Part shown: positions 9,986 through 17,537 of the stretch, in pieces
Layout of the letters: each line of letters starts with the position of its first letter
Position numbering within the stretch: the stretch's first letter is position 1
Assembly: GCA_039974975.1 (NCBI GenBank)
Contig: JBDWHY010000081.1
Span: 20,764-84,763 of the forward strand
DNA: 64,000 nt
Direction: 5' to 3'
Origin: Fuerstiella sp.
Lineage (GTDB): Bacteria; Planctomycetota; Planctomycetia; Planctomycetales; Planctomycetaceae
Position numbers and translations under genes: made by a program
Notes under the pieces: generated by a model
Database searches by the model: none
The model's input: only the letters and a program-made list of their open reading frames with translations
Told to the model about the DNA's origin: nothing

Positions 9986-10471
9986 TTAAAATCCACGACT
10001 TCGGAGGTGCTGGCGACCATAGCCATCTTCCACGTCAATGTGGTTGCCGTGGCGGTAGGCCGCCGGCTGGCGAGAGCTGTTGTAGAGGCCGTTTCCATGA
10101 TTTAACTGGCTCTGGCGAATTCCGCTGCCGTAGTTTCCGTAAGTGGCCCCGTACCGGGAGTTCCGGTTGCTGTTGTAGCTCAGGCCCAGTGACAGCGACG
10201 GACGCTGAGTTGAGTAGCCTCGATATCCCGACGTCAGGCCGTAGCCGTTGTTGTAGCCGACGTTCCCTCGGTTGTTGAAATTACTTCCGTAGTTGTAACT
10301 GTTTCCAGTGACTCCGTAGCCACTGTTGTAGCCGTAGCCAGCGTTGCCGCCGCCGACTCGACACTGGGCAGCCGCTTCACCAGCCGTCATGACTCCCAGT
10401 GCCATGATTGCACAGGCAGCCAGTCCGAAGTTCTTGATCTTGTTCGAGTTCTTTGAGCGTTTCGTGTTCAT
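9986..10471 (-). CDS. secreted low-complexity Gly/Asn/Tyr/Ser-rich protein
   Basis: Start at ATG 10471 (MNTKRSKNSNKIKNFGLAACAIMALGVMTAGEAAAQ signal peptide). The mature part is almost entirely G/N/Y/S repeats (GYGYNSGYGVTGNSYNYGSNFNN...). A terminator follows. Confidence 0.6.
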   Translation of the reverse strand: MNTKRSKNSNKIKNFGLAACAIMALGVMTAGEAAAQCRVGGGNAGYGYNSGYGVTGNSYNYGSNFNNRGNVGYNNGYGLTSGYRGYSTQRPSLSLGLSYNSNRNSRYGATYGNYGSGIRQSQLNHGNGLYNSSRQPAAYRHGNHIDVEDGYGRQHLRSRGF

Positions 10472-11187
10472 CTTGATTTCCCTTTCAGCGGGTTTCAGAT
10501 TGCCAGGAGATTGAGTTACCGGCGAAAGGGAAAAGCGAAGGACGTGCCAACCCATCGCCAGAGCTTTAAGTGCCTTGCGATTGCCAGTTTACGTCGAAAT
10601 TGGCCGCCAGTGCGTCTCGTTCTGTTTGAGTTCGATTGGACGACACGCGAGATCATTAGGACCACAGCTGAACATTTTTGGGCATTCAAAAACAAGACAA
10701 GCCGTCTGAAACAAGAGACGAGTGGTCATTGGGGGGAATAAACCTTGCTGGCAGGTTGGTTGCCCGATGGCGCCTGCATTTCCGTTCGAAAATAAATCGA
10801 ATTTGTAACCTGACCGTCAATCCACCAGTAACTGGGAATTTAGGAATCACCATGAAGCGATCTGTCCCGTCGTATACCACTGCAGGGTGGTTGCCATCTA
10901 GGTTCAGGCGGTTTCGATACCGCCATACGTGTCCGTTCAGTCGCAGCCATATATCGACAGATCCAATGGTTGCTCAGGACAAACCACCCTGATTCGGTTG
11001 TGCTCTGCTCATGGGAAGAACGCAATAGTGCATGTCGCCCTTTGTTTGGGACAGGCACTGATCCTGAATTGGAGCCCTTTTCGTGATGCATGACGTTTGG
11101 CAGCACTGTAAATCACCCCCAAGAACCGACCGTTTTTCGGCACTGCGATTTTGATCAGGCCATGAATGGCTGAAATGGGCAAGGTGA

Positions 11188-11228
11188 GTTTCATTTACTC
11201 GTTCCGAAATTCATGGTTTCATTTACTC
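11188..11228 (+). repeat. 13-bp direct repeat GTTTCATTTACTC x2 immediately upstream of the serine recombinase gene
   Basis: Exact copies at 11188-11200 and 11216-11228. An 8-bp inverted repeat CCATGAAT/ATTCATGG lies at 11160-11167 and 11208-11215. Confidence 0.8.
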
Positions 11229-11229
11229 A

Positions 11230-11844
11230 ATGACTTTGAACTCAAATGAAACTCCGGCGGGAAAATTTGACAAACCAACAGGAAAGTTGGTTGGTTATGC
11301 TCGGGTGTCGACAACTGGGCAGGAGCTTGACATGCAACTGGATGCGTTGCGTGATGCGGGTTGCGATGAGCGACTGGTGTTTGTTGACAAGGCGTCCGGA
11401 GTGAAGTCTGATCGTCCCGGGCTTGAGCAGGCTTTGGACAGTGTTGCCAAAGGCGACACGCTGGTTGTCTGGAGGCTGGATCGACTGGGGCGATCGATGC
11501 AGCATCTGGTGACTGTGATTCAGGAACTGAATGACCGAGGAGTCGGGTTTCGAAGCCTGTGTGATGGCGTGATTGATACGACGACAGCCAGCGGGCAACT
11601 GATCTTTGGAATCTTTGCAGCGTTGGCTCAGTTTGAGCGAGCCCTCATCGTGGAACGCACGAATGCTGGCTTGTCTGCGGCCCGTGCGAGAGGAAGGTTT
11701 GGCGGAAGGCCGAAGCTGAGTCCACGTGATCCTCGAATTCTGACTGCAAAAGCACTCCATGCCGATCAAGGATTGTCGATCGCTGAAATCTGCAGCACGC
11801 TTCAGATCGGAAAGACGACTCTGTATCGCTGGTTGCGTATGTGA
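11230..11844 (+). CDS. small serine recombinase (resolvase/invertase family)
   Basis: 204 aa. Catalytic N-terminus GYARVSTTGQ, DRLGRS, and a C-terminal HTH (GLSIAEICSTLQIGKTTLYRWL). Confidence 0.92.
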   Translation: MTLNSNETPAGKFDKPTGKLVGYARVSTTGQELDMQLDALRDAGCDERLVFVDKASGVKSDRPGLEQALDSVAKGDTLVVWRLDRLGRSMQHLVTVIQELNDRGVGFRSLCDGVIDTTTASGQLIFGIFAALAQFERALIVERTNAGLSAARARGRFGGRPKLSPRDPRILTAKALHADQGLSIAEICSTLQIGKTTLYRWLRM

Positions 11845-11884
11845 TTCGTTGGATCATCGGCAGCGTATGATTTCCATTTGATCA

Positions 11885-12439
11885 TCAAGAAGCATTCGGA
11901 AGATCGCGTATTGAAACCGCATCGCCCGTGCCATCCCCATGAATGACATGGTCAAGCACATCGATGCCAAGAATTTGACCACATTCAGTCAGCCTCTTTG
12001 TTACAGCATGGTCTTCTCTGCTTGGCGTTGGGTCGCCGGAAGGATGGTTGTGAGAAAGAATGATTGAACTTGCCCCTTGGGCGACGGCTGGGCGAAAGAC
12101 TTCCCTCGGATGAACGAGCGAAGCATCAAGCGTTCCGATCGTAATGGCAACGACACTTTCGACTCTGTTCTTTACGTTCAGACAGGCGATGACAAATCTT
12201 TCCTGGTCATTGCCCGGCTGCTGTTTCCAATAGTCTCGAAAGAACTGAACTGCGGTTCTTGAAGAGTCAAGAACAGGGCGTGCGAGAACATCGGCTACGT
12301 GAACGATTGCCAAACGCTTCAGCGGCGTATACAGGCTTCGTTGGATCACACTCCGAGTTTCTGCCACGGCAATGTGGGGCAGGTTTGATGAGGAACGCTC
12401 GGTGTCTGTTTCAGGCCAAAGGTGAAGCTGTCGTTCCAT
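11885..12439 (-). CDS. radC: RadC-like JAB/MPN domain protein
   Basis: JAMM region SSIILSHNHPSGDPTPSREDHAVTKRL. Alternative starts at 12451 (ATG) and 12490 (TTG). Confidence 0.85.
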   Translation of the reverse strand: MERQLHLWPETDTERSSSNLPHIAVAETRSVIQRSLYTPLKRLAIVHVADVLARPVLDSSRTAVQFFRDYWKQQPGNDQERFVIACLNVKNRVESVVAITIGTLDASLVHPREVFRPAVAQGASSIILSHNHPSGDPTPSREDHAVTKRLTECGQILGIDVLDHVIHGDGTGDAVSIRDLPNAS

Positions 12440-12566
12440 GTCGAAGATCATGAACGTGTCAAAGCAATCGCGCAACCGATTTCCTCTCAAACGACTGAGT
12501 TCAGGCGAGCATTGTTTCCGATACCATCGGCAGAGTCCTTGACGGAGAAAGTAAATTCGTAGATTC

Positions 12567-12592
12567 AGTCTACGTTGATGAGTCTACACATC
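12567..12592. promoter_or_regulatory. operator-like AGTCTAC sites in the divergent radC / 12755 promoter region
   Basis: AGTCTAC at 12567-12573. AGTCTACACATC at 12581-12592, whose exact reverse complement recurs at 13521-13532 upstream of the XRE gene. Confidence 0.45.
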
Positions 12593-12754
12593 AGGGTATG
12601 GAAATCAGAAAGAGTTGCCTCGACGTTTGAATGAGTTGGCCATCAACATCTACGGAGATCTCGTCGTTGGGATTCACAGTGTTCGAGGAGTGACTGCCGA
12701 TGCTTCTTCGGGCTGACTCTTGCGCCTGTCGACTGATCGGCGTAAAGTGGCAAC

Positions 12755-13261
12755 ATGAGGGAGGTCTCAAACGCCAACTTCGGCCTGTTGATTGCGTATA
12801 TCCTGCCAGGTTTCGTCTTGCTGTGGGGACTTGAGCCCTATTCTCCAACGCTTGCCGTATGGCTGAATCCACCGCAGGAAAATGCGGCAACGATCGGCGG
12901 CTTTCTCTACGGAACGATTGCGGCAGTTGGACTTGGGATGCTATTGAGCACTATCCGCTGGTTGATCGTGGATTCAATTCTTGGGCGTACAGGCATCCGA
13001 CTGCCAGCCGTCAGTTTCAAGGCCTTGCGGGAGTCAGGGGAAGCGTTGGACCGCCTTGTCGACTACTACTACCGCTACTATCAATGCCACGCCAATTCTC
13101 TTGTTGCAAGCTGCCTTCTGATCCCTCTTCGCTGGGGATCTCATGGGTTCAGGCCCTTCGAAGTTTTCTTGTTCCTTGGGATTGCAGTGATCTTGTGGCT
13201 CGGTTCTCGCGATACGCTCAGAAAATATGGAGCCGGGCTTCATGACATATTGGGGCAATAG
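12755..13261 (+). CDS. small multi-pass membrane protein of unknown function
   Basis: 168 aa with about 4 hydrophobic helices (LLIAYILPGFVLLWGL, GFLYGTIAAVGLGMLLSTI, LVASCLLIPL, VFLFLGIAVILWLG). No family recognised. Confidence 0.55.
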   Translation: MREVSNANFGLLIAYILPGFVLLWGLEPYSPTLAVWLNPPQENAATIGGFLYGTIAAVGLGMLLSTIRWLIVDSILGRTGIRLPAVSFKALRESGEALDRLVDYYYRYYQCHANSLVASCLLIPLRWGSHGFRPFEVFLFLGIAVILWLGSRDTLRKYGAGLHDILGQ

Positions 13262-13507
13262 TCAGCCTTCTTCCTTCATGTTGGCCACGAGCATCTCGAC
13301 GTCACGCATCAGAGTACTGAGGCGAACGCCCAGAGCATTCGCAATCTGACTGGCGACAGCGATCGTTACCTGGACTTTCGCACGCTCGACCTGACTTGCG
13401 TAAGTCCTGTGAATTCCGGCAGCATGGGCCATCGCTTCCTGAGAAAGGCCTTGTGTCAGGCGCCGGTCACGGACAGCTTTCGCGAAATAAACTTCGATAT
13501 TTTCCAT
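13262..13507 (-). CDS. XRE-family helix-turn-helix transcriptional regulator
   Basis: 81 aa. Cro/C1-type HTH LSQEAMAHAAGIHRTYASQVERAK. Its stop codon directly abuts the stop of the convergent 12755-13261 gene. Confidence 0.85.
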   Translation of the reverse strand: MENIEVYFAKAVRDRRLTQGLSQEAMAHAAGIHRTYASQVERAKVQVTIAVASQIANALGVRLSTLMRDVEMLVANMKEEG

Positions 13508-13520
13508 CTACGGAATATGA

Positions 13521-13572
13521 AGATGTGTAGACTATTTAGCGACAGATTATAGAGTGACAGCATATCGTCTAC
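13521..13572. promoter_or_regulatory. operator-like GTCTAC sites upstream of the XRE gene
   Basis: GATGTGTAGACT at 13521-13532 (reverse complement of 12581-12592) and GTCTACA at 13566-13572. Together they form an inverted pair TGTAGAC...GTCTACA. Confidence 0.45.
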
Positions 13573-13751
13573 ATTCGAGACCCATCTGGAGTAGTGAAAA
13601 ATGACCAACGGAGCGAAGCCCCACCCACCCAATGAGAGCAAAAACCAAGAGCCCAAACCTGATCAGCAGCAGGGAAAGACACAGACTAAGAACTCATAGA
13701 CTTCGTGCAATCCAGCTTGCGCGTATCTGTCGGCGGTGGTAATGTGGCGGC

Positions 13752-14042
13752 ATGCAAAAGATGGCTCTTCAGCCACAGGAAATTCCGTTCGACGATGCGG
13801 AGTCAGTCAACATGTTTCGGCCCTCGCCAGAGAAACCGTTGGTGGCGACTCCGGGAGCCATTGAACAGTTTTCGCATGACACGATAGTCGCCTGCTGGAA
13901 CGTATTGACGGATCTTGCCGACGAGAAAAGCGGGTTGGACTATCTTCAGGTGTTCGTTCGAGAAGAGGATGGGCGACGGCTTTGGTTTCTGGAAGACGGT
14001 GAAGGCGGAGCCATCACGGCTCTGACGCCCGATGAGTATTGA
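13752..14042 (+). CDS. hypothetical acidic protein
   Basis: 96-aa ORF overlapping the next gene's start by 4 nt (operon-like). No family recognised. Confidence 0.45.
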   Translation: MQKMALQPQEIPFDDAESVNMFRPSPEKPLVATPGAIEQFSHDTIVACWNVLTDLADEKSGLDYLQVFVREEDGRRLWFLEDGEGGAITALTPDEY

Positions 14043-14965
14043 TTGTTCCCCACGTTGATCTGGCGAAGAAATCACGCAGCAACGGGAAGAGTCGGGAACT
14101 GGCCGAGGCCATCGATCAGAGTCTTGAGGAACTTGGGCAACAACTCGAAGCAGGCAACAGTGAGCAACTGAATCGCTTCCTTGAGTTTCTCTCGCGGTTT
14201 CATCGATACAGCATCGGCAACCTGATGTTGATTTACTCAACGCTGCCGGATGCGACTCATGTGGCGGGTTTCAAACGTTGGCGAGAACTCGGTCGACAGG
14301 TTCGAAAGGGAGAAAAGGGAATTCCTATTCTCGCTCCGATGGTTCGTCGTAAGAAGGCTGATGACGAGCCAACAGATTCCATGAAGGTGGATTCCTCGGA
14401 AGGAGGCACACAACGGAGACAAGTCTTCGGCTTTCGAGCAGCTCATGTGTTTGACGTGACGCAAACCGATGGTGATGAACTACCGAAGTTCTCTGAACCA
14501 ACGGGAGATCCCGGCCAGTATATTCATCGACTGCGAGAGCAGATTCGCTCGCTTGGAATCGAACTCATTGAAGAGCCGATTCCGGGTGGAGCACTGGGCA
14601 TGTCCGAAGGAGGTCGCATTACGATTCAACCTGGCATGACGCCAGCCCATACGGTCGCCACGATGATCCACGAACTGGGACACGAGCGGTTGCATCGAAC
14701 TGAGCGAAGGGAATCCACCAGCAAACTTGTCCGCGAAACGGAGGCTGAAGCAGTGGCCTTTGCCGTTTGTCAGCGAATTGGTATTGAATCGAATTCGTCT
14801 TCCAGTGATTACATCCGACTATACGGTGGATCTTCAGAAACACTTCAGCAATCGTTGGAGCACATCCGCAAATGCACGGCGGAGATCCTCGAAGATCTGT
14901 TGGAAGACGGCGACGGCAGCAGCACAACAACTGCCGTACCCAAGCAGCAATTGCGGTTGTTTTGA
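14039..14965 (+). CDS. ArdC-like protein (N-terminal ssDNA-binding domain plus HExxH metalloprotease)
   Basis: YSIGNLMLIYSTLPDATHVAGFKRWRELGRQVRKGEKGIPILAP resembles the ArdC/DUF1738 N-domain. The C-terminal half has HELGHERLH. The start is TTG in the ORF track. Confidence 0.75.
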   Translation: MIVPHVDLAKKSRSNGKSRELAEAIDQSLEELGQQLEAGNSEQLNRFLEFLSRFHRYSIGNLMLIYSTLPDATHVAGFKRWRELGRQVRKGEKGIPILAPMVRRKKADDEPTDSMKVDSSEGGTQRRQVFGFRAAHVFDVTQTDGDELPKFSEPTGDPGQYIHRLREQIRSLGIELIEEPIPGGALGMSEGGRITIQPGMTPAHTVATMIHELGHERLHRTERRESTSKLVRETEAEAVAFAVCQRIGIESNSSSSDYIRLYGGSSETLQQSLEHIRKCTAEILEDLLEDGDGSSTTTAVPKQQLRLF

Positions 14966-15018
14966 GGCCACAATCCCAGAACATCCGGCTGAAGATTCTC
15001 GCGGCATTCCCAGACGGA

Positions 15019-15969
15019 CTACTGCTTGTCGATATCAGCAAGTTGGCGGAGTTCACTGATCACCATGAGAATATCTTCTTGGGTGAACTTGGTTTTCTGA
15101 AACGTGATCAACACGTCGGCTTCGCTCGTTCGAAATCGCTTCTGACGAGCCGCAATGCCTTTGGAACGTTCGCCGCCGATCCGCGTTTTTCGGTTCCCTT
15201 TTCTCTGCTGCACGACGGCCTCGGTTTCATCTGCCGACAGTCTGTCGCGCTGAACGTCGGCTGCTACCTGCATTTGTTCCTTCTTGTCCAGTTGAGAAAT
15301 CTGATAGAGGTGACGCTTCGTCATTCCTGATTCACTGTCCGTGCGAGCAATTTCCTGCAACTCTGCGGCGACTTTGTCTTTCAATGCCAACAACTTGCTG
15401 ATCTCTGATTTTGACTTTCCGGTCACGGCGGCCATTTCCTTTTGACTCATCTCGAATTCGTCTCGCAGGCGAACCAGTGCGTCTGCAGTTTCGTAAGGTC
15501 TCAGGCTGGATCGCTGCCAGTTATGAACAATCTGATCAATCAGAAGTTCCTTCCCTTCGCTTTGCTGAACCCAGCAGGGAAGTTCTTCGAGCTGAAGGCG
15601 TGTGGCAGCTTCGAAGCGTCGTCCTCCATCAATTACCATGTATCGCCCAATGTCCGGGTTCCAGCGAACGGTCAGAGGTTGTTTGATTCCTCGAGCCTGA
15701 ATGGAGGCCGTCAATTCCGTGAGTTCCTCTTCATCAAATTCTTTGCGAGGCTGATTGGGGTCTGGCACAATTCGACTGCGTTCAATCAGGTAACTGTCCG
15801 TCAGCCGTCGGCGACCTTGCTGATCGGCGGGCTGAGCTTGTCGTTCAGAAAATGACAGCCCTGACGTGGCTGCAAACGCGGAAGCCGCTGCTGAGCTAGC
15901 GGCCTCAGCCGTTCCTTTGCGTGCGTGCTTCGACTTCGGAGAAGAAGTTTCGGGCGATGGTTGCGGCAT
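15019..15969 (-). CDS. parB: ParB/Spo0J-like partition protein
   Basis: ParB N-domain motifs IKQPLTVRW...YMVIDGGRRFEAA, followed by an HTH region. Located downstream of parA (65-nt overlap if the ATG at 15969 is used). Confidence 0.85.
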   Translation of the reverse strand: MPQPSPETSSPKSKHARKGTAEAASSAAASAFAATSGLSFSERQAQPADQQGRRRLTDSYLIERSRIVPDPNQPRKEFDEEELTELTASIQARGIKQPLTVRWNPDIGRYMVIDGGRRFEAATRLQLEELPCWVQQSEGKELLIDQIVHNWQRSSLRPYETADALVRLRDEFEMSQKEMAAVTGKSKSEISKLLALKDKVAAELQEIARTDSESGMTKRHLYQISQLDKKEQMQVAADVQRDRLSADETEAVVQQRKGNRKTRIGGERSKGIAARQKRFRTSEADVLITFQKTKFTQEDILMVISELRQLADIDKQ

Positions 15970-16714
15970 GAGATTTTGGGGAATGAAGTACGATGGGAAT
16001 GCGGTCGTTGACCGATTGTTCGAACGGAGACAGATCCGGAATCACTGTGTCGAAGGCGTCGGCACCGAAGTGTTCTCGCAGTTCAGCGAGGTACTGCTTT
16101 TGATACTTGCGGCCTTTCTTGAAACGACTCGCGACGAAGCCCAACAACTGCAGATTGGGATTCTGAGTGTCTCGCACGTGTTCAAAGGCCGTCATCACGT
16201 GCTGAGTTCCCAGTGCTCCCCATTGAGCTGTCTCAAGCGGGATCATCAGAAAGTCTGAAGCACAAAGGGCGGCATACGTGATGAGTGAAATATCAGCAGG
16301 GCAATCCAGCAAGACGAAGTCGTAGAACTTTCGAACGCTGTTAATGGGATCCATGAGAGATTGCTCAAAGCCGGTGCCTTCCCAGTTTCCCGGTGACGTG
16401 TCGTTGTATTGTTCCAGTCGAAAGCTACCTGGAATGCAGTCGATGCCAGGCAGGGGCGACGATTGAATGAGGTCAGAAATATTCGGATCAATGGCCGGAT
16501 TGAAGAATGCCTCACACCCTTCTTTTTGGCTGGCTTCCGTGCCGAGCAGAGTCGTCGAAATATTGCCCTGCTTATCGAGGTCAAGGATCAGACAACGCTT
16601 TTGTTGTTCGCGGCAGACTCCTGCGATGAGCCAGCATAAATGAGTCTTCCCGACTCCCCCTTTCAGGTTTAAAGATGTAATGACGGTGGCCTGAGGCGGT
16701 TGAGTGTCGTTCAT
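15905..16714 (-). CDS. parA: ParA-family partition ATPase
   Basis: Deviant Walker A NLKGGVGKTH, then LILDLDKQGN and VLLDCPA. Confidence 0.92.
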   Translation of the reverse strand: MNDTQPPQATVITSLNLKGGVGKTHLCWLIAGVCREQQKRCLILDLDKQGNISTTLLGTEASQKEGCEAFFNPAIDPNISDLIQSSPLPGIDCIPGSFRLEQYNDTSPGNWEGTGFEQSLMDPINSVRKFYDFVLLDCPADISLITYAALCASDFLMIPLETAQWGALGTQHVMTAFEHVRDTQNPNLQLLGFVASRFKKGRKYQKQYLAELREHFGADAFDTVIPDLSPFEQSVNDRIPIVLHSPKSHAATIARNFFSEVEARTQRNG

Positions 16715-16815
16715 GCGGCCAGAATACGTGCGCTGTCGTCAGTCGCGCAAGTGCTTCTCAATTCACGTGAGCTGCCCTGAACTCAAACACCGCAGAACCT
16801 AGCCGAAAAGGTGGT

Positions 16816-16834
16816 GAGTTTCCCGGGGAAACTC
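16816..16834. promoter_or_regulatory. parS-like palindrome GAGTTTCCC-G-GGGAAACTC
   Basis: 9-bp perfect arms about 100 nt upstream of parA. The GTTTC...GAAAC style matches canonical parS. An 18-nt identical copy lies at 29189-29206. Confidence 0.55.
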
Positions 16835-16991
16835 TGACGTGACACCCGGGTGAATGTGTGGTGTGGTCGAAACGCTGGCAGTGCTTCCGTTTGCGCCGAC
16901 GACATTGTCGTTGGGGCCAGCTTCATCGCGATGTCCCGGCTTGAGCACAACAATCAGTCGCCAATTTGCTGGTTCCGTCAAGCCGATGTTC

Positions 16992-17305
16992 CGACGCGTT
17001 ACGGACGAGAGACCGACGGGTTACGGACAAATTCACCGACGCCTTACGGACACAATCTGTGCACACAATCGCCAATCCACCCCTTTGCAAAGCCATTTCT
17101 CCGGAGTCTCGTTTGGTTCCGACGGGTTACGGACATCCCGCACGACGCGTTACGGACATTTTTGGTAGCTCAGCAGCCATTGATCCGCAACCAGAAGCCG
17201 TTTTCTCAACATAGCGGCTGCATCGCGACGGGTTACGGACAAACTCCGACGCCTTACAGACCTGACGCCGACGGGTTACGGACGACAGGCCGACCCGTTA
17301 CGGAC
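16992..17305 (+). repeat. iteron array: nine direct copies of CGACSSSTTACGGAC
   Basis: Copies start at 16992, 17014, 17037, 17120, 17143, 17226, 17247 (ACAGAC variant), 17269 and 17291. Spacing inside clusters is 21-23 bp. A short AT-rich stretch (about 17380-17410) and then the rep gene follow. Confidence 0.85.
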
Positions 17306-17537
17306 ATTCGACACTGGCAAAGGTGCTCGACTTCGCAGCAGCAAGCCATTCATTGCTATCCCTCGTGCGCGTGCGTGGGAGGGTGTTCTTTTACAATAAT
17401 TCTTTAACACACTCACACCAAGCGAAAGCTCGATTGGTCAGTACTTGGCGCGGCGTCGAACCTGTGGCAGGCTGTGTTACGTGAAACATGGTACGACCAA
17501 CCGACGGCCCGAAACGGATTCAGCCCGTCCGGAAGCG

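Noticed and set aside
14563-14574. GGAATCGAACTC resembling the tmRNA T-loop region (possible distal att)
   Set aside because: It lies inside the ArdC-like coding sequence, matches only 11 nt and has no flanking similarity. Judged coincidental.
16992-17305. Possible CRISPR array
   Set aside because: The repeats are only 15 bp. 'Spacers' are 6-8 nt within clusters and 68 nt between them. There is no cas gene or leader. The layout is iteron-like.
16850-17407. ORFs of 185, 104 and 82 aa across the parA-rep spacer
   Set aside because: Their repetitive peptides (RVTD, GYGQ, LRT) are simply the 15-bp iterons translated in three frames. No start context and no family. Treated as the origin region.
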